A stretch of 32,000 bases of DNA from Xylanibacter ruminicola 23 (lineage in GTDB: Bacteria > Bacteroidota > Bacteroidia > Bacteroidales > Bacteroidaceae), in contig NC_014033.1 in assembly GCF_000025925.1 (NCBI RefSeq), positions 2,400,001 through 2,432,000 of the forward strand, written 5' to 3'. Below are positions 31,681 to 32,000 of this stretch, in pieces. Within the stretch, counting starts at the first letter, position 1. Each line of letters begins with the position of its first letter. A program made the translations under genes and the position numbers. The notes beneath the pieces are model-generated. The model was given only the letters and a program-made list of their open reading frames with translations, was not told the origin of the DNA and ran no database searches.

Positions 31681-32000
31681 GAGTCTGTTTTATAACATAT
31701 TGCAAAGCCCTCATAGGCAGCAATTCCATAAACAATTAAACTAAAGAAATCAAAATCAGCAAATGCAATTTCAAAGAAATAAGTATTGTCAATCATTGTT
31801 AATGTCTCGAAATAGGCAAGTCCTTCTTCCTGGGCTATAAAACCAACATTCGTGAAGTAATCTCCCAATACACAAGACAATAAGGCAAAAAATCCGCCAA
31901 TGAGTGAAATAGGGATTGTTCGACCTCTCCCTATAAGATGAACTACATAACCAACAGCAAAACCCGCCAAAATACCCATAATCATCCATTGCTTTTGAGC
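31677..32000 (-). CDS. Membrane protein at the head of the visible operon (possibly 5'-truncated by the window edge)
   Basis: The track ORF starts at the ATG at 31985, but the frame stays open to position 32000. Three hydrophobic helices. ATGA overlap with the downstream vWA gene. Confidence 0.55.
   Translation of the reverse strand, partial: AQKQWMIMGILAGFAVGYVVHLIGRGRTIPISLIGGFFALLSCVLGDYFTNVGFIAQEEGLAYFETLTMIDNTYFFEIAFADFDFFSLIVYGIAAYEGFAICYKTDS

Noticed and set aside
16294-32000. Calling the A+T-rich block a mobile element, prophage or integrative element.
   Set aside because: No integrase, transposase, tRNA, phage structural gene or flanking direct repeat is visible within the window. 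Only the compositional and gene-content shift is supported.
1-32000. A search by eye for tRNA, rRNA, riboswitch-sized leaders and CRISPR repeats.
   Set aside because: The largest non-coding gaps are 75-165 nt (2551-2722, 8978-9098, 14335-14409, 16266-16350, 24856-24991). None shows cloverleaf-like or repeat-spacer structure. Covariance-model scans (Infernal/tRNAscan) would be needed to exclude small RNAs.

Overview
The window looks like a Bacteroidota (Prevotella-like) chromosome segment. The evidence is TAnnTTTG -7 promoter boxes in front of several genes, a DUF3822-like gene paired with rsmD, and the overall gene content. No rRNA, tRNA, CRISPR array, integrase or transposase was seen.

Part 1 (1 to ~16.3 kb) is G+C-rich core genome. 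Spot counts on single 60-nt lines gave 55-57% G+C. It encodes a REC-Fis response regulator and histidine kinase, a RecD/Pif1-like helicase, a DUF3822-like protein, rsmD, cls, dnaG, nadB, a CarbopepD_reg-like secreted protein, a PBP4-type DD-peptidase, serB, mutY and a C_GCAxxG_C_C protein. It ends with an ftsZ-type gene that sits outside any dcw context and is translationally coupled (ATGA) to an unknown 195-aa protein.

Part 2 (~16.3 kb to the window edge) is visibly more A+T-rich (spot counts 28-50%) and every gene is on the minus strand. It splits into three apparent units:
- a lipoprotein, a TPR/retropepsin protein, a PNP-like phosphorylase and a DUF805 protein;
- a promoter-to-hairpin unit with a secreted protein, three small membrane proteins, a P-type Ca2+-ATPase and a TerB-like acidic protein;
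- the most interesting locus, an operon of at least nine tightly packed genes. It contains a TerY-P triad (two TerY-like vWA proteins, one with a TerY-C Cys cluster, plus a PP2C phosphatase and an atypical Ser/Thr kinase). This is followed by an orphan 134-aa protein, a Cys-cluster-DUF805 protein, a GYF-like PrsW intramembrane protease and an unannotated 58-aa basic peptide.

A separate DNA-level signal recurs in the core part: short blocks of degenerate heptanucleotide tandem repeats, often 5 units (35 nt). They occur in intergenic spacers and in frame inside two genes (the histidine kinase and mutY).

All domain calls come from motif recognition by eye. No searches were run.
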